Positions 46,094 through 59,080 of a stretch of DNA of 64,000 nucleotides are shown here, in pieces. Origin of the DNA: Leucoraja ocellata (lineage: Eukaryota); NCBI GenBank assembly GCA_036785375.1, contig JAWMAR010002443.1, forward strand, positions 1 to 64,000. Direction: 5' to 3'. The notes beneath the pieces are model-generated. The model was not told the origin of the DNA. It saw only the letters and a list, made by a program, of their open reading frames with translations, and did not search any database. The position numbers and the translations under genes are program-made. Numbering within the stretch: position 1 is the stretch's first letter; the number at the start of each line of letters is the position of its first letter.

Positions 46094-49000
46094 CAAAAAT
46101 AGAAACATAAAAAATTGGTGCAGGAGTAGGCCATTCGGCCCTTCGAGCCTGCACCGCCATTCAATATGATCATCCAACTCAGTATCCTGTACCTGCCTTC
46201 TCACCATACCCCCTGATCCCTTTAGCCACAAGGGCCACATCTAACACCCTCTTAAATATAGCCAATAAATTGGCCTCAACTACCTTCTGCGGGAGAGAAT
46301 TCCAGAGATTCACCACTCTCTGTGTGAAAAAAGTTTTCCTCATCTCGGTCCTAAAAGATTTCCCCCTTATCCTTAAACTGTGCCCCCTTGTTCTGGACTT
46401 CACCAACATCGGGAACAATCTTCCTGCATCTAACCTGTCCAACCCCTTAAGAATTTTGCAAATTTATATAAGATCCCCCCTCAATCTTCTAAATTCAAGC
46501 GAGTACAAAACGGGTCTATCCAGTCTTTCTTCATATGAAAGTCCTGACATCTCAGGACTCAGTCTGGTGAACCTTCTCTGTACTCTCTCTATGGCAAGAA
46601 TGTATTTCCTCAGATTAGGAGAACAAAACTGTACGCAATACTCCAGGTGTGGTCTCACCAAGACCCGGTACAACTGCAGTAGAACCTCCCTGCTCCTATA
46701 CTCATATCCTTTTGCTATGAATGCTAACATACCATTCGCCTTCTTCACTGCCTGCTGCACCTGCATGCCTACTTTCAATGAATGGTGTACCATGACACCC
46801 AGGTCTCGTTGCATCTCCCCTTTCCTAATCGGCCACCATTCAGATAATAATCTACTTTCCTGTTTTGCCACCAAAGTGGATAAGCTCACCTGTATCCACA
46901 TTATACTGCATCTGCCATGCATTTGCCCACTCACCCAGCCTATGCAAGTCACCTTGCAGCCTCCAAGCATCGCCCTCACAGCTAACACTGCCCCCCCAGC
47001 TTCGTGTCATCTGCAAACTTGGAGATGTTGCATTCAATTCCCTCGTCCAAATCATTAATATATATCGCAAATAGCTGGGGTCGCAGAACTGAGCCTTGCG
47101 GTACCCCACTAGTCACTGCCCGCCATTGTGAAAATGACCCGTTTACCCCTACTCTTTGCTTCCTGTCTGCCAGCCAATTCTCTATCCACATCAATACTGA
47201 ACCCCCAATGCTTTAAGTTTATATACTAATCTCTTATGTGGGAACTTGTCGAAAGCCTTCTGAAAGTCCAGATATAACACATCCACTGGTTCTCCCTTAT
47301 CCACTCTACTAGTTACATCCTCGAAAAATTCTATTAGTTTCGTCAGACATGATTTACCCTTCATAAATCCATGCTGACCTTGTCCAATAATTTCACCACT
47401 TTCCAAATGTGCTGCTATCCCATCTTTAATAACTGATTCTAGCAGTTTCCCCACTACCGACGTTAGACTAACTGGTCTGTAATTCCCCGTTTTCTCTCTC
47501 CCTCCCTTTTTAAAAAGTGGTGTTACATTAGCTACCCTCCAATCCTCAGGAACTACTCCAGAATCTAGAGTTTTGAAAAATTATTACTATGCATCCACTA
47601 TTTCTGGGGCTACTTCCTTAAGTACTCTGGGTGCAGCCTATCTGGCCCTGGGGATTTATCGGCCTTTAATCCATTCAATTTAACTAACACCACTTCCCGG
47701 CTAACCTGGATTTCACTCAAGTCCTCCATCTCATTTGATGCCCTGTCCCCTGCTATTTCGTGCAGATTATTTATGTCTTCCTTAGTAAAGACAGAACCAA
47801 AGCAGTTATTCAATTGGTCTGCCATGTCCTTGTTCCCCATGATCAATTCACCCGTTTCTGACTGCAAGGGACCTACATTTGTTTTAACGAATCTTTTTCT
47901 CTTCACATATCTATAAAAGCTTTTGCAATCAGTTTTTATGTTCCCTGACAGTTTTCTTTCATGATCTATTTTCCCTTTCCTAATTAAGCCCTTTGTCCTC
48001 CTCTGCTGGTCTCTGAATTTCACCCAGTCCTCTGGTAGGCTGCTTCCTCTAGCTAATTTGTACGCGTCATCTTTATTTTTGATACTATCCCTGATTTCCC
48101 TTGTTATCCACGGATGCACTACCTTCCCTGATTTATTTTTTTGCCGAACTGGGATGAACAATTGTTGTAGTTCATCCATGCAGTCTTTAAATGCTTTCTA
48201 TTGCATATCCACCGTCAACCCATTAAGAATCAATCGCCAGTCTATCTTGGCCAATTCACGTCTCATACCCTCAAAGTTACCTTTCTTTAACTTCAGGACC
48301 CCTGTTTCTGAATTAACGATGTCACTCTCCATCCTAATGAAGAACTCAGCCATATTATGGTCACTCTTGCCCAAGGGGCCACGCACAACAAGACTGCTAA
48401 CTAACCCTTCCTCATTACTCAATACCCAGTCTAGAATAGTCTGCTCTCTCGTTGGTTCCTCTACATGTTGGTTTATAAATCTATCCCGCATACATTCCAA
48501 GAAATCCTCTTCCTCGGCATCCTTGCCAATTTGATTCACCCAATCTATATGTAGATTGAAGTCACCCATTATAACTGTTTTACCTTGTTGCACGCATTTC
48601 TAATTTCCTGTTTGATAACATCTCCAACTCCACTGCCACTGTTAGGTGGTCTGTGCACAACTCCCACTTGCTTTTTCTGCCCCTTGGTGTTTCGCAGCTC
48701 TACCCACATCGATTCCACATCCTCGAAGCCAATGTTCTTCCTTTTTATTGGGTTAATCTGCTGTCTAATCAGCAACACTACCCCACCCCTTTCCCTTTCT
48801 CTCTATCCCCCCTGAATATTGAATATGCCTGGATGTTCACCTCCCAGCCTTGGTCACCCTGGAGCCATGTCTCCGTGATCCCAACTATATCACAGTCATT
48901 AATAGCTATCTGTACATTCAACTCATCCACCTTATTACGAATGCTCCTTGCATTGAGACACAAAGCCTTCAGGCTTGTTTTTACAACTCTCTTACCCCTT

Positions 49001-50400
49001 AAACAATTATGTTGAAAAGTGGCCCTTTTTGATTTTTGCCCTGGTTTTGTCTGCCTGCCACTTTTACTTTTCACCTTGCTACCTATTGCTTCTACCTTCA
49101 TTTTACACCCCTCTGTCTCTACCCTCACACATTTAAGAAACCCTTTCCCTTTAACTCCATCCTCCGCTATCCCATTCGACACCCCACCCCCCTTATTCAG
49201 TTTAAAACCACCCGTGTAGCAGTGGCAAACCTGCCTGCCAGAATGCTGGTCGCACACCTGTTAAGATGCAATCTGATCCTTTTGTACAGTCCCCCCTTAC
49301 CCCAAAACAGATCCCAGTGATCTAAGAATCTAAATCCCTGCCCCGTGCACCAGTTCCTCAGCAACGCGTTCAGGTCCCATTTCTCCCCGTTCCTGCTCTC
49401 GCCAGCACGAGGAACTGGAAGAAAACCGGAGATAATAACCCCGGAGGTCCTGTTTTCCAGCATTTTTCCGAGCTCTCTAAAGTCACGCTGCAGAATATTC
49501 ATCCCCTTCTTTCCGACATCTTTTGTGCCGACATGCACCACCACTTCCGTATGTTCACCTTCGCCCTTGACGATTTTCTGCACTCAGGCAGCACACCATC
49601 CTCGCATCCCACCTGTTGCCGCAGAAACCCCTGTCCGTACCTCTCACAATGGAGTCTCCCACTGCAATGGCGTTTCCTGCCTTAGGCCTTTTTGGTTTTG
49701 GCTCAACAGCCCTATTCGCATCGCAAGCCAATCCGCCGCTCAGTGTAAACACGTCTTCTGTCCCGACAGCTTCTAAGCGGGGGAACCTGTTCACAAGAGG
49801 TACAACACCCGGGGACGTTGGTATTCCATGCTTCCCTCCCTTTCTCATTGTCTCCCACCTTCTCTCTTCCAGTACCTTAGGTGTAACAATCTTACAGTAG
49901 GACTTGTCGAGGAAGGACTCTGTTTCTCGGACGAACCTGAGGTCATCGACTTGCTTCTCCAGTTCCCCAACACGTCCCTTCAGGAGCTCTACCTGGATGC
50001 ACTTCTCGCATTTGTAGCAGCCAGTGGCACCAGCGGTGTCCTTGACCTCCCATATACTGCAAGCATCACACTGAATCAGCTTGCCTGACATCTCCTTCTT
50101 TGTTTTCTCCCTCTTAAGCGTATTGCGTGGTCTCCTCTCCTCAGCCTCCTTGCCAAAGACTCACACTTTACTCACAGGGCACTTCCCTCACAAGGCCGCT
50201 CCTCACTGCCGCTCCCTAAGAACAGCCTTGCTTAAATTGACTGATAAATTGCCTGATTTACCAATTTACAAACCAAATTCCTCAGTTTGCAACTGTTTTC
50301 ACCCTTCTGACTCACTTCTTTCCTCCCACTCGAGCTAGAGCCAATCAGTCGTATCTCTTGCTAATCTCCTGCTGCTGTTGCTCCCAACTCTACAGCAGTT
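46094..50400 (-). mobile_element. Near full-length CR1 LINE, decayed
   Basis: ORF1 49197-50091 (CDAC..CEKC zinc finger, coiled coil, GDSIVRG esterase); ORF2 endonuclease (LNARSI, ITETWL, SDHN) and RT (FADDTK), with several frameshifts; putative 5'UTR 50100-50400. Confidence 0.95.
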
Positions 50401-50526
50401 CTGAGTCTGGTTTAGATCAAAGCATATTCATGTGTTAGAAATGCCCAGTCAAAGTCCAGACCTAAATCCAATTGAGAATCTCTGGCAAGACTTGAAAATT
50501 GCTGTTCACAGACGCTCTCAATCCAA

Positions 50527-53205
50527 TTTTTTTAATATTTTATTTTATTAGAAGTAAGTACAGTCATATGGCACCAAAGTGCCTAATATATATTTTCATA
50601 ATACATTTTATGTACAACTTTTTTTTTTGTTACATTGAAAAAAGATGAGAATAAGAAAAAGAAGTTAGATAGTAAAGGATAGAAAGATGTGAAATATATA
50701 GTGTGTGAAGAAAAAACGAGTAAATGAAGAAAGTTGAGAGAGAAAATAGAGAAAATAAAATAAAATTAAAAGGAGATCATTATTTATAATCTTGACCAAC
50801 CCTCGTCCAGTCCTGAAACAATTATTTTTTACAATTGTGTTACACCATATGATTCCAAAAAAAACGACGAATGGAGACCAACTCGTTATGAATTGGTCTG
50901 ATTTATCCATTAGGAGGAATCGCATTTCCTCAAGACGAGCGGTGTCCAACATACTTGCAATCCACATTTTAAGCGTTGGTATTGATGTACCCTTCCAAAA
51001 TTTAAGTATTATTTTTTTTGCTATTATTAAACCATAGTTAAGGAATAGATTTTGAGATGTGTTCAATTTATTCCCATCTTCCACTACACCAAATATAATC
51101 AGTATTAGGTTCCATTCTTGTCTTGAATAATTTTGTAAATATTTCAAAAATATAATTCCAAAATCTATAAAGTGTTGTGCAGAAAACTAAGGAGTGTGTT
51201 ATAGTTGCCTTTTGGGCTAGACATTTGTCACAAGTGGCGGATATATTTGGATAACATTTGTTCAATCTTGTTTTTGAATAATATAATCTATGTATAATTT
51301 TAAATTGAATTAGATTATGTCTTACATTAATTGAACATTTGTGAATATATATCAGGTATTTTTCCCATTTAACCTTCGTAATTTTTATCATTAATTCCCG
51401 TTCCCACTCTTCTCTATGTACCTCTGTAGATGGTAGGTCTATATTTAGAATACTATTATATAAATAGGATATTATTTTTTGTGAGTCAGCTTCAATATTC
51501 ATTGCTTCTTCCAATAAGTCTGGAGTTACTTTTTGATATCCTTGTATATATTTTTTCACGAAGTCGCAAATCTGAAGATATTTTAAATATTGGTTGTTTT
51601 TCAAATTAAATTTTAATTGTAGTTGTTGGAATTATAGTAGGTTTCCCATTTCGTACATATCCCCGATCCTTCTAATTCCGAGACTTTCCCATTGGTTATA
51701 TGTCTTATCAATAAGAGTTGGTTTAAATAAAGGGTTATTCGCTATTGGAATTAACAGTGATAGATTTTTTAATTTTAAAGATAATTTTATTTTTTTCCAA
51801 ATCCTTATTATAACCATTTAACCATATAACAATTACAGCACGGAAACAGGCCATCTCGGCCCTACAAGTCCATGCCGAACAAACTTTGTTTCCCCTTAGT
51901 CCCACCTGCCTGCGCTCGTACCATAACCCTCCATTCCCTTCTCATCCATATGCCTATCCAATTTATTTTTAAATGATACCAATGAACCTGCCTCCACCAC
52001 TTCCACTGGGAGCTCATTCCACACCGCCACCACTCTCTGCGTAAAGAAGTTCCCCCTCATATTACCCCTAAACTTCTGTCGCTTAATTCTGAAGTCAGTT
52101 GAAGTTATTGTACCATCTGAAGTTCTGAATTTATTGTACCATATATAATTGGGTTCTTCTTATATATTGTGTTAGTCAGTTTTTTTTTGGGGGGGGGGGG
52201 GGGAGAGGATCGTTCCTATATTACAAGGATGGCAATCCTCCTTCTCCATTTTTATCCATTCTGTCTGTTGGGTAGAACTATCCAACCAATAAATCATATT
52301 CTTAATATGCACTGCCCAGTAATAATACATAACATTCGGAAATGAAAGTCCCCCGACCTCTTTTGGTTTACATAAGTGTTTTTTTTTGTGATTCTATGTG
52401 ATTTATAGTCCCAGATATATTTTGTAATGTTAGAGTCTAATTTTGTTTTTAAATATTTTGGTATATATACCGGTATAGACTGAAATGGGTATAGTAATTG
52501 TGGTAGGAAGATCATTTTTATTGCATTTATTCTACCTAATAATGATAAGGGAAGTGTTTTCCAAAATTTAATCAGCGTATTAAGTTTATTTAATTAAGGT
52601 ATGAAATTAGCGTTGAATAATGCTTTATATTTTCTAGTAATCTGAATACCCAAATATTTAAATTTTTCTGTTGCGATTTTAAAGGGGAATTTCAATAAGT
52701 GTGTAGGTTCTTGAGGTTTTAATGTCATGATTTCACTTTTGTTCCAGTTTATTCTATATCCAGAAAAATACCCAAATTCCTCTTAAGTTTAATACATTTG
52801 GTATGCTCGTTTGTGACTTTGTAATATATAAAAGTATATCGTCTGCATATAATGAGATTTTATTCTTTGAGTCCCTGGTATCATAGCCCTGAATATTCGG
52901 ATGAATTCTTATACTTTCAGCCAGGGGTTCTATCATAAGGGCAAATAGCAGGGGTGATAGTGCACATCCCTGCCTATTACCCCTTGATAGTTGAAATTTT
53001 TGAGATAACATGTTATTAGTTAAAATTCTTGCCATCGGTTTATCATATAATAATTTTACCCATGTTATAAAATTCTCTTCCATATTAAATTTTTGTAGTA
53101 CTTTATATAAGTATTGCCACTCTACCTGATCAAATGCTTTCTCTGCATCCAAAGAAATAATTGATATATCTTCTTCCTCTACTTTATGCGAGTACATTAT
53201 ATTAA
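50527..53205 (-). mobile_element. 5'-truncated L1/Tx1-clade LINE
   Basis: SLDAEKAFDQVEW, RQGCALSPLLF, LYADDIL and a C-terminal CDKC..H..C knuckle; T-rich tail at 50527; atccaat duplicated at both ends. Confidence 0.92.
51810..52096 (-). mobile_element. Short CR1 (TATGGTTA tail) nested in the L1
   Basis: Near-identical to 2559-2847. Confidence 0.92.
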
Positions 53206-53570
53206 GCTCCATCCAATCTGACTGAGCTTGAGCTATTTTGCAAAGAAGAATGGGCAAAAATGTCAATCTCTAGATGTGCAAAGCTGGTAGAGACATACCC
53301 CAAACGACTTGCAGCTGTAATTGCAGCGAAAGGTGGTTCTACAAAGTATTGACTCAGGGGGGTGAATACTTTTGCATGCCACACTTTTCAGTTTTTTATT
53401 TGTAAAAAAAATTGAAAACCGTGTATCATTTTCCTTCCACTTCACAATTATGCACCACTTTGTGTTGGTCTATCACATAAAATCCCAATAAAATACATTT
53501 ACGTTTGTGGTTGTAACGTGACAAAATGTGGAAAAGTTCAAGGGGTATGAAAACTTTTGCAAGCCACAGT

Positions 53571-53872
53571 ATATCCGCATTAATCGTCATCTGTCATGTA
53601 TCTGCCCACTCCCCCATCCTGTCCAAGTCACCTCGCATCCTCATAGCATCCTCCTCACAGTTCACACTGCCATTCAGCTTTGTGTCATCTGCAATGTTGC
53701 TAATGGTACTTTGAATCCCATCATCCAAATCATTGATGTATATTATAAATAGCTGCGGTCCCAGCACCGAGCCTTGCGGTTCCCCAGTAGGCACTGCCTG
53801 CCATTCTGAAAGGTACCCGTTAATCCCTACTCTCTGTTTCCTGTCTGCCAACCACTTCTCCATCCATTTCAG
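53571..53872 (-). mobile_element. CR1 RT fragment
   Basis: [24 protein letters not shown] and IADDTKL motifs. Confidence 0.9.
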
Positions 53873-53879
53873 CACTCTC

Positions 53880-54275
53880 CTCTCTGTCTCCTCTCTGCGT
53901 CTCCCCCTCACTGCCCCCTCACTGCTCCCCCCACAGTCTCCCCCTCACTGTCTCCTCCTCACTGTCTCCCCCTCACTGTTCCCCACTCACCGTCCCCCTC
54001 ACTGTATCCCCCTCACTGTCTCCCCTCACTGCCCCCCCTCACTGCCCCCACCTCACTGCCCCCACCTCACTGCCCCCCCTTCACTGTCTCGCCCCCCTCA
54101 CTGCCCCCCCCACTGCCCCCCTCACCGTGTCTCCCCCCCCCCCTCACTTCCCCCCTCACTGTGTCTCCCCCTCACTGTGTCTCCCCCCCATACTGTCCCC
54201 CGCTCACTAAGTTTCCCTCACTGTCCTGTCCTCACTGTCTCCTCCTCACTGTCTCCCCCTCACTGTGCTCCCCCC
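53880..54275. repeat. C/T-rich minisatellite (cccctcactg)n
   Basis: Degenerate 10-15 bp units directly upstream of the alpha3 acceptor. Confidence 0.85.
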
Positions 54276-54279
54276 ACAG

Positions 54280-54543
54280 TTCAGCCCGAGGTGAGCATCT
54301 TCCTGTCGGGGGATGGGCGCCGCGTGTGTTGTTTCACCACGGGCTACTACCCGCGCTCCATCGAAGTGAACCTGGTGCGGGACGGCCTGGTCCTGGATGA
54401 GAGCCGCTCCCACGGGACGCTGCCCAACCACGACGGCACCTTCCAGCAGCGCCGCTGGGCCCACGTAGAGCCCGGGGACAAGGCCCCGCTCTCTTGTCGT
54501 GTGGAGCACCCGGGGCTGTCCGAGCCCCTCGAGGTCTTTCTGG
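54280..54543 (+). CDS. MHC class I heavy chain alpha3 (Ig C1-set) exon
   Basis: ccacag|...|gtgagt, 264 nt, phase 1-1; VQPEV...CFTTGYYPRSIEV...LPNHDGTFQ...SCRVEHPGLSEPL. Confidence 0.93.
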
Positions 54544-54846
54544 GTGAGTGCGGGCGGGGGGAGGGGGGGGGGATTAGGGGGTAGCGGGAGATCGGAGGGA
54601 GGAAAGAGAAGGGTTAGGAAATAGAGGACTGGGTGAGGGGGGGTGGGTTGAGATGGGGAGGGTGGAAGAGTTGTGAGGAGGGGTGGGGTAGCGCTCAGGG
54701 CAGGTGGGTGAGGAGGAAAGCAGCACGGGAGGGAGAGGAGGGGGAGAGAAGGTGAAGGGGTTGAGTGAGACATGGGGAAGGAGAGATTTTGGGGGAGGGG
54801 GATCCGGGGGGTCTCTGTCTCTCATCCGCCAGTGTTTGTCAATCAG

Positions 54847-54957
54847 GGACAGTCGGCAAGTCGGGCAGCAACGTGATGACCATTGGCCTGGTGCTCGTTG
54901 TCCTGGTGCTGGTGGCCGCGATCGTGGGGGGAGTCCTCTGCTGGAAGAAGAAACACG
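54847..54957 (+). CDS. MHC class I connecting peptide/transmembrane exon
   Basis: aatcag| (alternative acceptor gives 54853); IGLVLVVLVLVAAIVGGVLCW-KKKH stop-transfer; phase-1 donor at 54958 or 54961, both weak. Confidence 0.85.
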
Positions 54958-55134
54958 GTGGTAGTGGGGGGGGGGGGGGGGGAGACAGTGGAGGGACGTG
55001 CACTCCTCAACCCCACACCTCCCCCCCCCCCGACCCATGCCCCTCAACCTGCCCCCGACCCCCGCCTCTTCTGATACAAGACGTCACGTTGTTTCCTCTG
55101 TCTCCCGTCTCCTCCCCGCTCCCTCCCCAGACCG

Positions 55135-56260
55135 TTGGGGGCCGGTGTGGGGTTGGTGGCCGGTGTGGGGTTGGGGGCCGGTGTGGGGGCCGGTGTAGGG
55201 GCCGGAGTGGGAGCCGGTGTGGGGTGTGGGGTCCGGTGTGGGTGTGAGTGTGGGGGCCGGTGTGGGTGTGGGGGCCGCTGTGGTTGTGGGGGCCGGTGTG
55301 GGTGTGGGGGCCAGTAGGGGGGGCGGTGTGTGTGTGGAGGCCGCTGTGGTTGTGGGGGCCGGTGTGGGTGTGGGGGCCAGTATGGGGTGCGGTGTGGGTG
55401 TGGGGGCCAGTGTGGGGGCCGGTGTGGGTGTGGGGGCCGGTGTGGGGGCCGGTGTGGGTGTGGGGGCCGGTGTGGGGGCCGGTGTGGGTGTGGGGGCCGG
55501 TGTGGGTGTGGGGGCCGGTGTGGGGGTCGGTGTGGGTGTGGGTGTGGGGGCCGGTGTGGTTGTGGGGGCCGGTGTGGGTGTGGGGGCCGGTGTGGGTGTG
55601 GGTGTGGGGGCCGGTGTGGGTGTGGGGGCCGGCGTGGGTGTGGGTGTGGGGGCCGGTGTGGGTGTGGGGGCCGGCGTGGGTGTGGGGGCCGGTGTGGGTG
55701 TGGGGGCCGGTGTGGGGGCGGTGTGGGTGTGGGGGCCGGTGTGCGTGTGGGGGCCGGCGTGGGTGTGGGGGCCGGCGTGGGTGTGGGGGCCGGTGTGGGT
55801 GTGGGGGCCGGTGTGGGTGTGGGGGCCGGTGTGGGGGCGGTGTGGGTGTGGGGGCCGGTGTGGGTGTGGGGGCCGGTGTGGGTGTGGGGGCCGGTGTGGG
55901 TGTGGGGGCCGGTGTGGGGGCGGTGTGGGTGTGGGGGCCGGTGTGGGTGTGGTGGCCTGTGTGGGTGTGGGGGCCAGTGTGGGTGCCGGTGTGGGTGTGG
56001 GGGCCGGTGTGGGTGTGGGGGCCGGCGTGGGTGTGGGAGCCGGTGTGGGTGTGGGGGCCGGTGTGGGTGTGGGGGCCGGTGTGGGGGCGGTGTGGGTGTG
56101 GGGGCCGGTGTGGGTGTGGGGGCCGGTGTGGGTGTGGGGGCCAGTGTGGGTGCCGGTGTGGGTGTGGGGGCCGGTGTGGGTGCGGGGGCCGGTGTGGGTG
56201 TGGGGGCCAGTGTGGGGGGCGGTGTGGGTGTGGGGGCCGGTGTGGGTGTGGGTGTGTGCT
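55135..56260. repeat. G-rich minisatellite (ggtgtgggtgtgggggcc)n in an MHC intron
   Basis: About 1.1 kb of 12/18/24-bp units with extreme strand skew. Confidence 0.95.
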
Positions 56261-56377
56261 CCGGTGTGGAAGCCGGACCCAGCTCTTGTCCCACTCTTCC
56301 CGGTCACAGCCCAGCCCGTGTCCGCTGTGTGATTGAGTTGAGAGCTGAGGTTTGTCAACTGTCTCTGTGTTTTACAG

Positions 56378-56407
56378 CGGGGAAGAGCGGCTACAATGCC
56401 ACCAAGA
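56378..56407 (+). CDS. MHC class I cytoplasmic exon
   Basis: tgtgttttacag|CG GGG AAG AGC GGC TAC AAT GCC ACC AAG A|gtaagt = (A)GKSGYNATK, with the cytoplasmic Tyr typical of class I tails. Confidence 0.8.
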
Positions 56408-56414
56408 GTAAGTT

Positions 56415-59080
56415 CTGTGTCTGTGTCTGCGCGTGTCCGTGTGTGTCTGTGTTCGTGTCCGTGTGTGTCTGTGCGCGTGTCCGTGTGTGTCTGTGCGCGT
56501 GTCCGTGTGTGTCTGTGCGTGTCCGTGTGTGTCTGTGCTCGTGTCCGTGTGTGTCTGCGCGTGTGTCCGTGTTTGTCTGCGTGTGTCCGTGTGTGTCTGT
56601 GCATGTCCGTGTGTGTCTGTGCGCGTGTCCGTGTGTGGCTGCGCGTGTCCGTGTGTGTCTGTGCGCGTGCCCGTGTGTGGCTGCGCTTGTGTCCGTGTTT
56701 GTCCGTGCCGTGTTTGTCACAACCTGGCCTGATGGTGCTTCTCAGCAGCTGCAGGACTGTTTCGACAGGACCAACTGGGAGGTGTTTGAACACCGGGACC
56801 TGGAGGTGTTCACAGACAGTGTACTGTGTTACATTAAAAACTGCATGGACACTGTCACAGTGGACAAACGCATCCGGGTCTACCCCAACCAGAAGCCCTG
56901 GATGACCCGGGAGGTCCAGCGGCTGTTGAAAGAGAGGAACACCGCTTTTAGGTCTGGCGATAGGGCTTTATACAGCACGGCCCGAGCTAACCTGAAGAGA
57001 GGCATCAGAGAGGCCAAATCAAACTACAGGAGGAAGATAGAGGACCACCTAGACAGTAACAACAGCAGGCAAGTGTGGCAGGGGATCCAGTATCTCACCA
57101 ACTATAAGACCAACCTTGGAGCTGTTGAAGGTGACGCCTCGTTGGCAGAGGAGCTGAACCACTTTTTTGCTCGCTTTGAAGTGGAGCCACCCGAGACAGC
57201 CACATCACAGCACATGGTCCACAGCAGCCTAACCCGCAAGATAGAGGAGCATGAGGTGAGGCGCACGCTGCGGGCCATCAATCCAAGGAAGGCTACTGGA
57301 CCTGACGGCGTCTCTGGACGCGTGTTGAAGGACTGCGCAGACCAGCTGGCTGGAGTCTGTACGAGGATTTTTAACCAGTCTCTGGCACAGTCCACTGTTC
57401 CACCCTGTCTGAAGTCCTCCACCATAGTCCCCTTGCCCAAAAAAATCCACATCTCCAGCCTCAACGACTACCGGCCAGTCGCACTCACACCAGTGGTGAT
57501 GAAGTGTTTTGAAAAGCTGGTCCGGGGTCATATCACATCACTCCTGCCCCGAAGCTTTGACCCCCACCAGTTTGCGTACAGAGCAAATAGATCTACAGAG
57601 GACGCTGTAGCCACAGCACTCCATGCTGCACTGTCTCACCTGGAGCAGCGGGGGAGCTACGTGCGGATGCTCTTTGTGGACTACAGCTCTGCTTTTAATA
57701 CCATCCTTCCCCACAAACTGATGGACCAACTGGGGGACTTGGGACTTCAACACTCCACCTGCACGTGGATAAATAACTTCCTGTCGGGTCGCAGCCAGAG
57801 AGTCAGAGTGGGCCATCATATATCCACGGCCCTCAGCCTCAGTACCGGCTCTCCACAGGGCTGCGTACTGAGCCCCCTGCTCTACACCATCTACACACAT
57901 GACTGCACCCCCGCCCACCACAGCAACACCATTGTCAAATTTGCGGATGACACTACGGTGGTGGGATTCGTCTGCGGGGGGGGGGGGGGGGGGACGAGTA
58001 CGCCTACCGGGATGAGGCGGAGCAGCTGACAATGTGGTGTGAAGAAAATAACCTGCTCCTCAACACCTTAAAGACAAAGGAATTAATAATAGACTTTAGC
58101 AAGAATAAAACGGACATGGTACCATTGATTATCAGAGAGGGCTCTGTGGAGAGGGTGGCGGATTTCCGCTTCCTGGGAATCCGTAATGACGAGGACCTGA
58201 CGTGGAGCGTGAACACCACTGCGCTGCTGAAAAAGGTCCAGCAGAGACTGCACTTCCTAAGGGTGCTCAGGAAGAATAACATCACTCAGAGACTGCTGCT
58301 GTCCTTTTATCGGTGCTCCATTGAGAGCATACTAACATACTGTGTATGCGTGTGGTACACCAGCTGCACAGCGGCGCAGAGGAAAGCGCTCCAGAGGGCC
58401 ATTGACAACGCCCAGAGGATTGTCGGCTGCCCTCTCCTTGCCTTGGAGGACTTACACAGTTCCCGCTGCACCAAAAAATCCCAGAGTATCATAAAGGACA
58501 TTTCCCACCCCGGACACTCCCTGTTTGAACTGTTGCCGTCAGGCAGACGGTACAGATCTACAAGGACAAGGACGAACAGACTAAAAAACAGTTTTAACCC
58601 ACTGCTATAAAAGCACTAAATGTAGCCGCCAAGGAACGCGGGGGCGATACATACTAAGGGACTGTGGTACACTGTGAAATCGACAGAAGGATGGAGGGTT
58701 GGGTGTTTATGCGTGCTATTTTCGTGATAATTATTAGTTGTTTATCTTTTAATATTTGATCTTATATGTATCGTTAGCTTTTAGAAATGTTTGAATGGTG
58801 CACTGACTGGCTGACATTTTTAAATTTCGTTGTACATGGTTCATGTTACAATGACAATAAATAAACTATTCTATATTCTATTCTGTGCGCGTGTCCGTGT
58901 GTGCCTGCGCGTGTCCGTGTGTGTCTGGGCGCGTGTCCGTGTGTGTCTGCGCGTGTCCGCTGGTGGCCGCGCGTGTCTGCGTGTGTCAGTGCGCGTGTCC
59001 GTGTGCTCCTGCGTGTGTCCGTGTATGTCTGCGCGTGTCCGTGTGCTCCTGCGCGTGGCCGTGTGTGTCTGTATATTTTT
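56415..59080. repeat. ~22-bp minisatellite (gcgcgtgtccgtgtgtgtctgt)n split by Rex1
   Basis: Units at 56415-56705 and 58883-59080. Confidence 0.9.
56707..58882 (+). mobile_element. 5'-truncated Rex1/Babar LINE with a well-preserved RT
   Basis: [56 protein letters not shown] and LPSGRRYRS; single frameshift at the poly-G near 57976-57992; (ctatt)-type tail. Confidence 0.95.

Larger units (their letters stand above)
50400..53569 (+). mobile_element. Tc1-like transposon 3' remnant, split by an L1
   Basis: [18 protein letters not shown] at about 50445-50500 resumes at about 53209 (SNLTELELFCKEEW...KGGSTKY*); IR/DR-type terminus with acttttgca.gccac twice, ending at 53569 before TA. Confidence 0.9.

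Noticed and set aside
52754-53266. ORF joining a novel N-terminus to the L1 RT
   Set aside because: The N-terminal part is antisense Tc1 sequence across the L1 5' truncation point.
53733-54584. 283-aa Pro-rich ORF as a single-exon protein
   Set aside because: Antisense CR1 plus minisatellite read into the alpha3 exon; splice sites delimit 54280-54543.
55044-58029. Long ORFs (899, 569, 416, 371 and 362 aa) rich in Cys/Gly, Pro/Thr/His or Val/Gly
   Set aside because: Translations of stop-free minisatellites. Only the part of the 899-aa ORF after about 56707 is real, and it is Rex1 RT.
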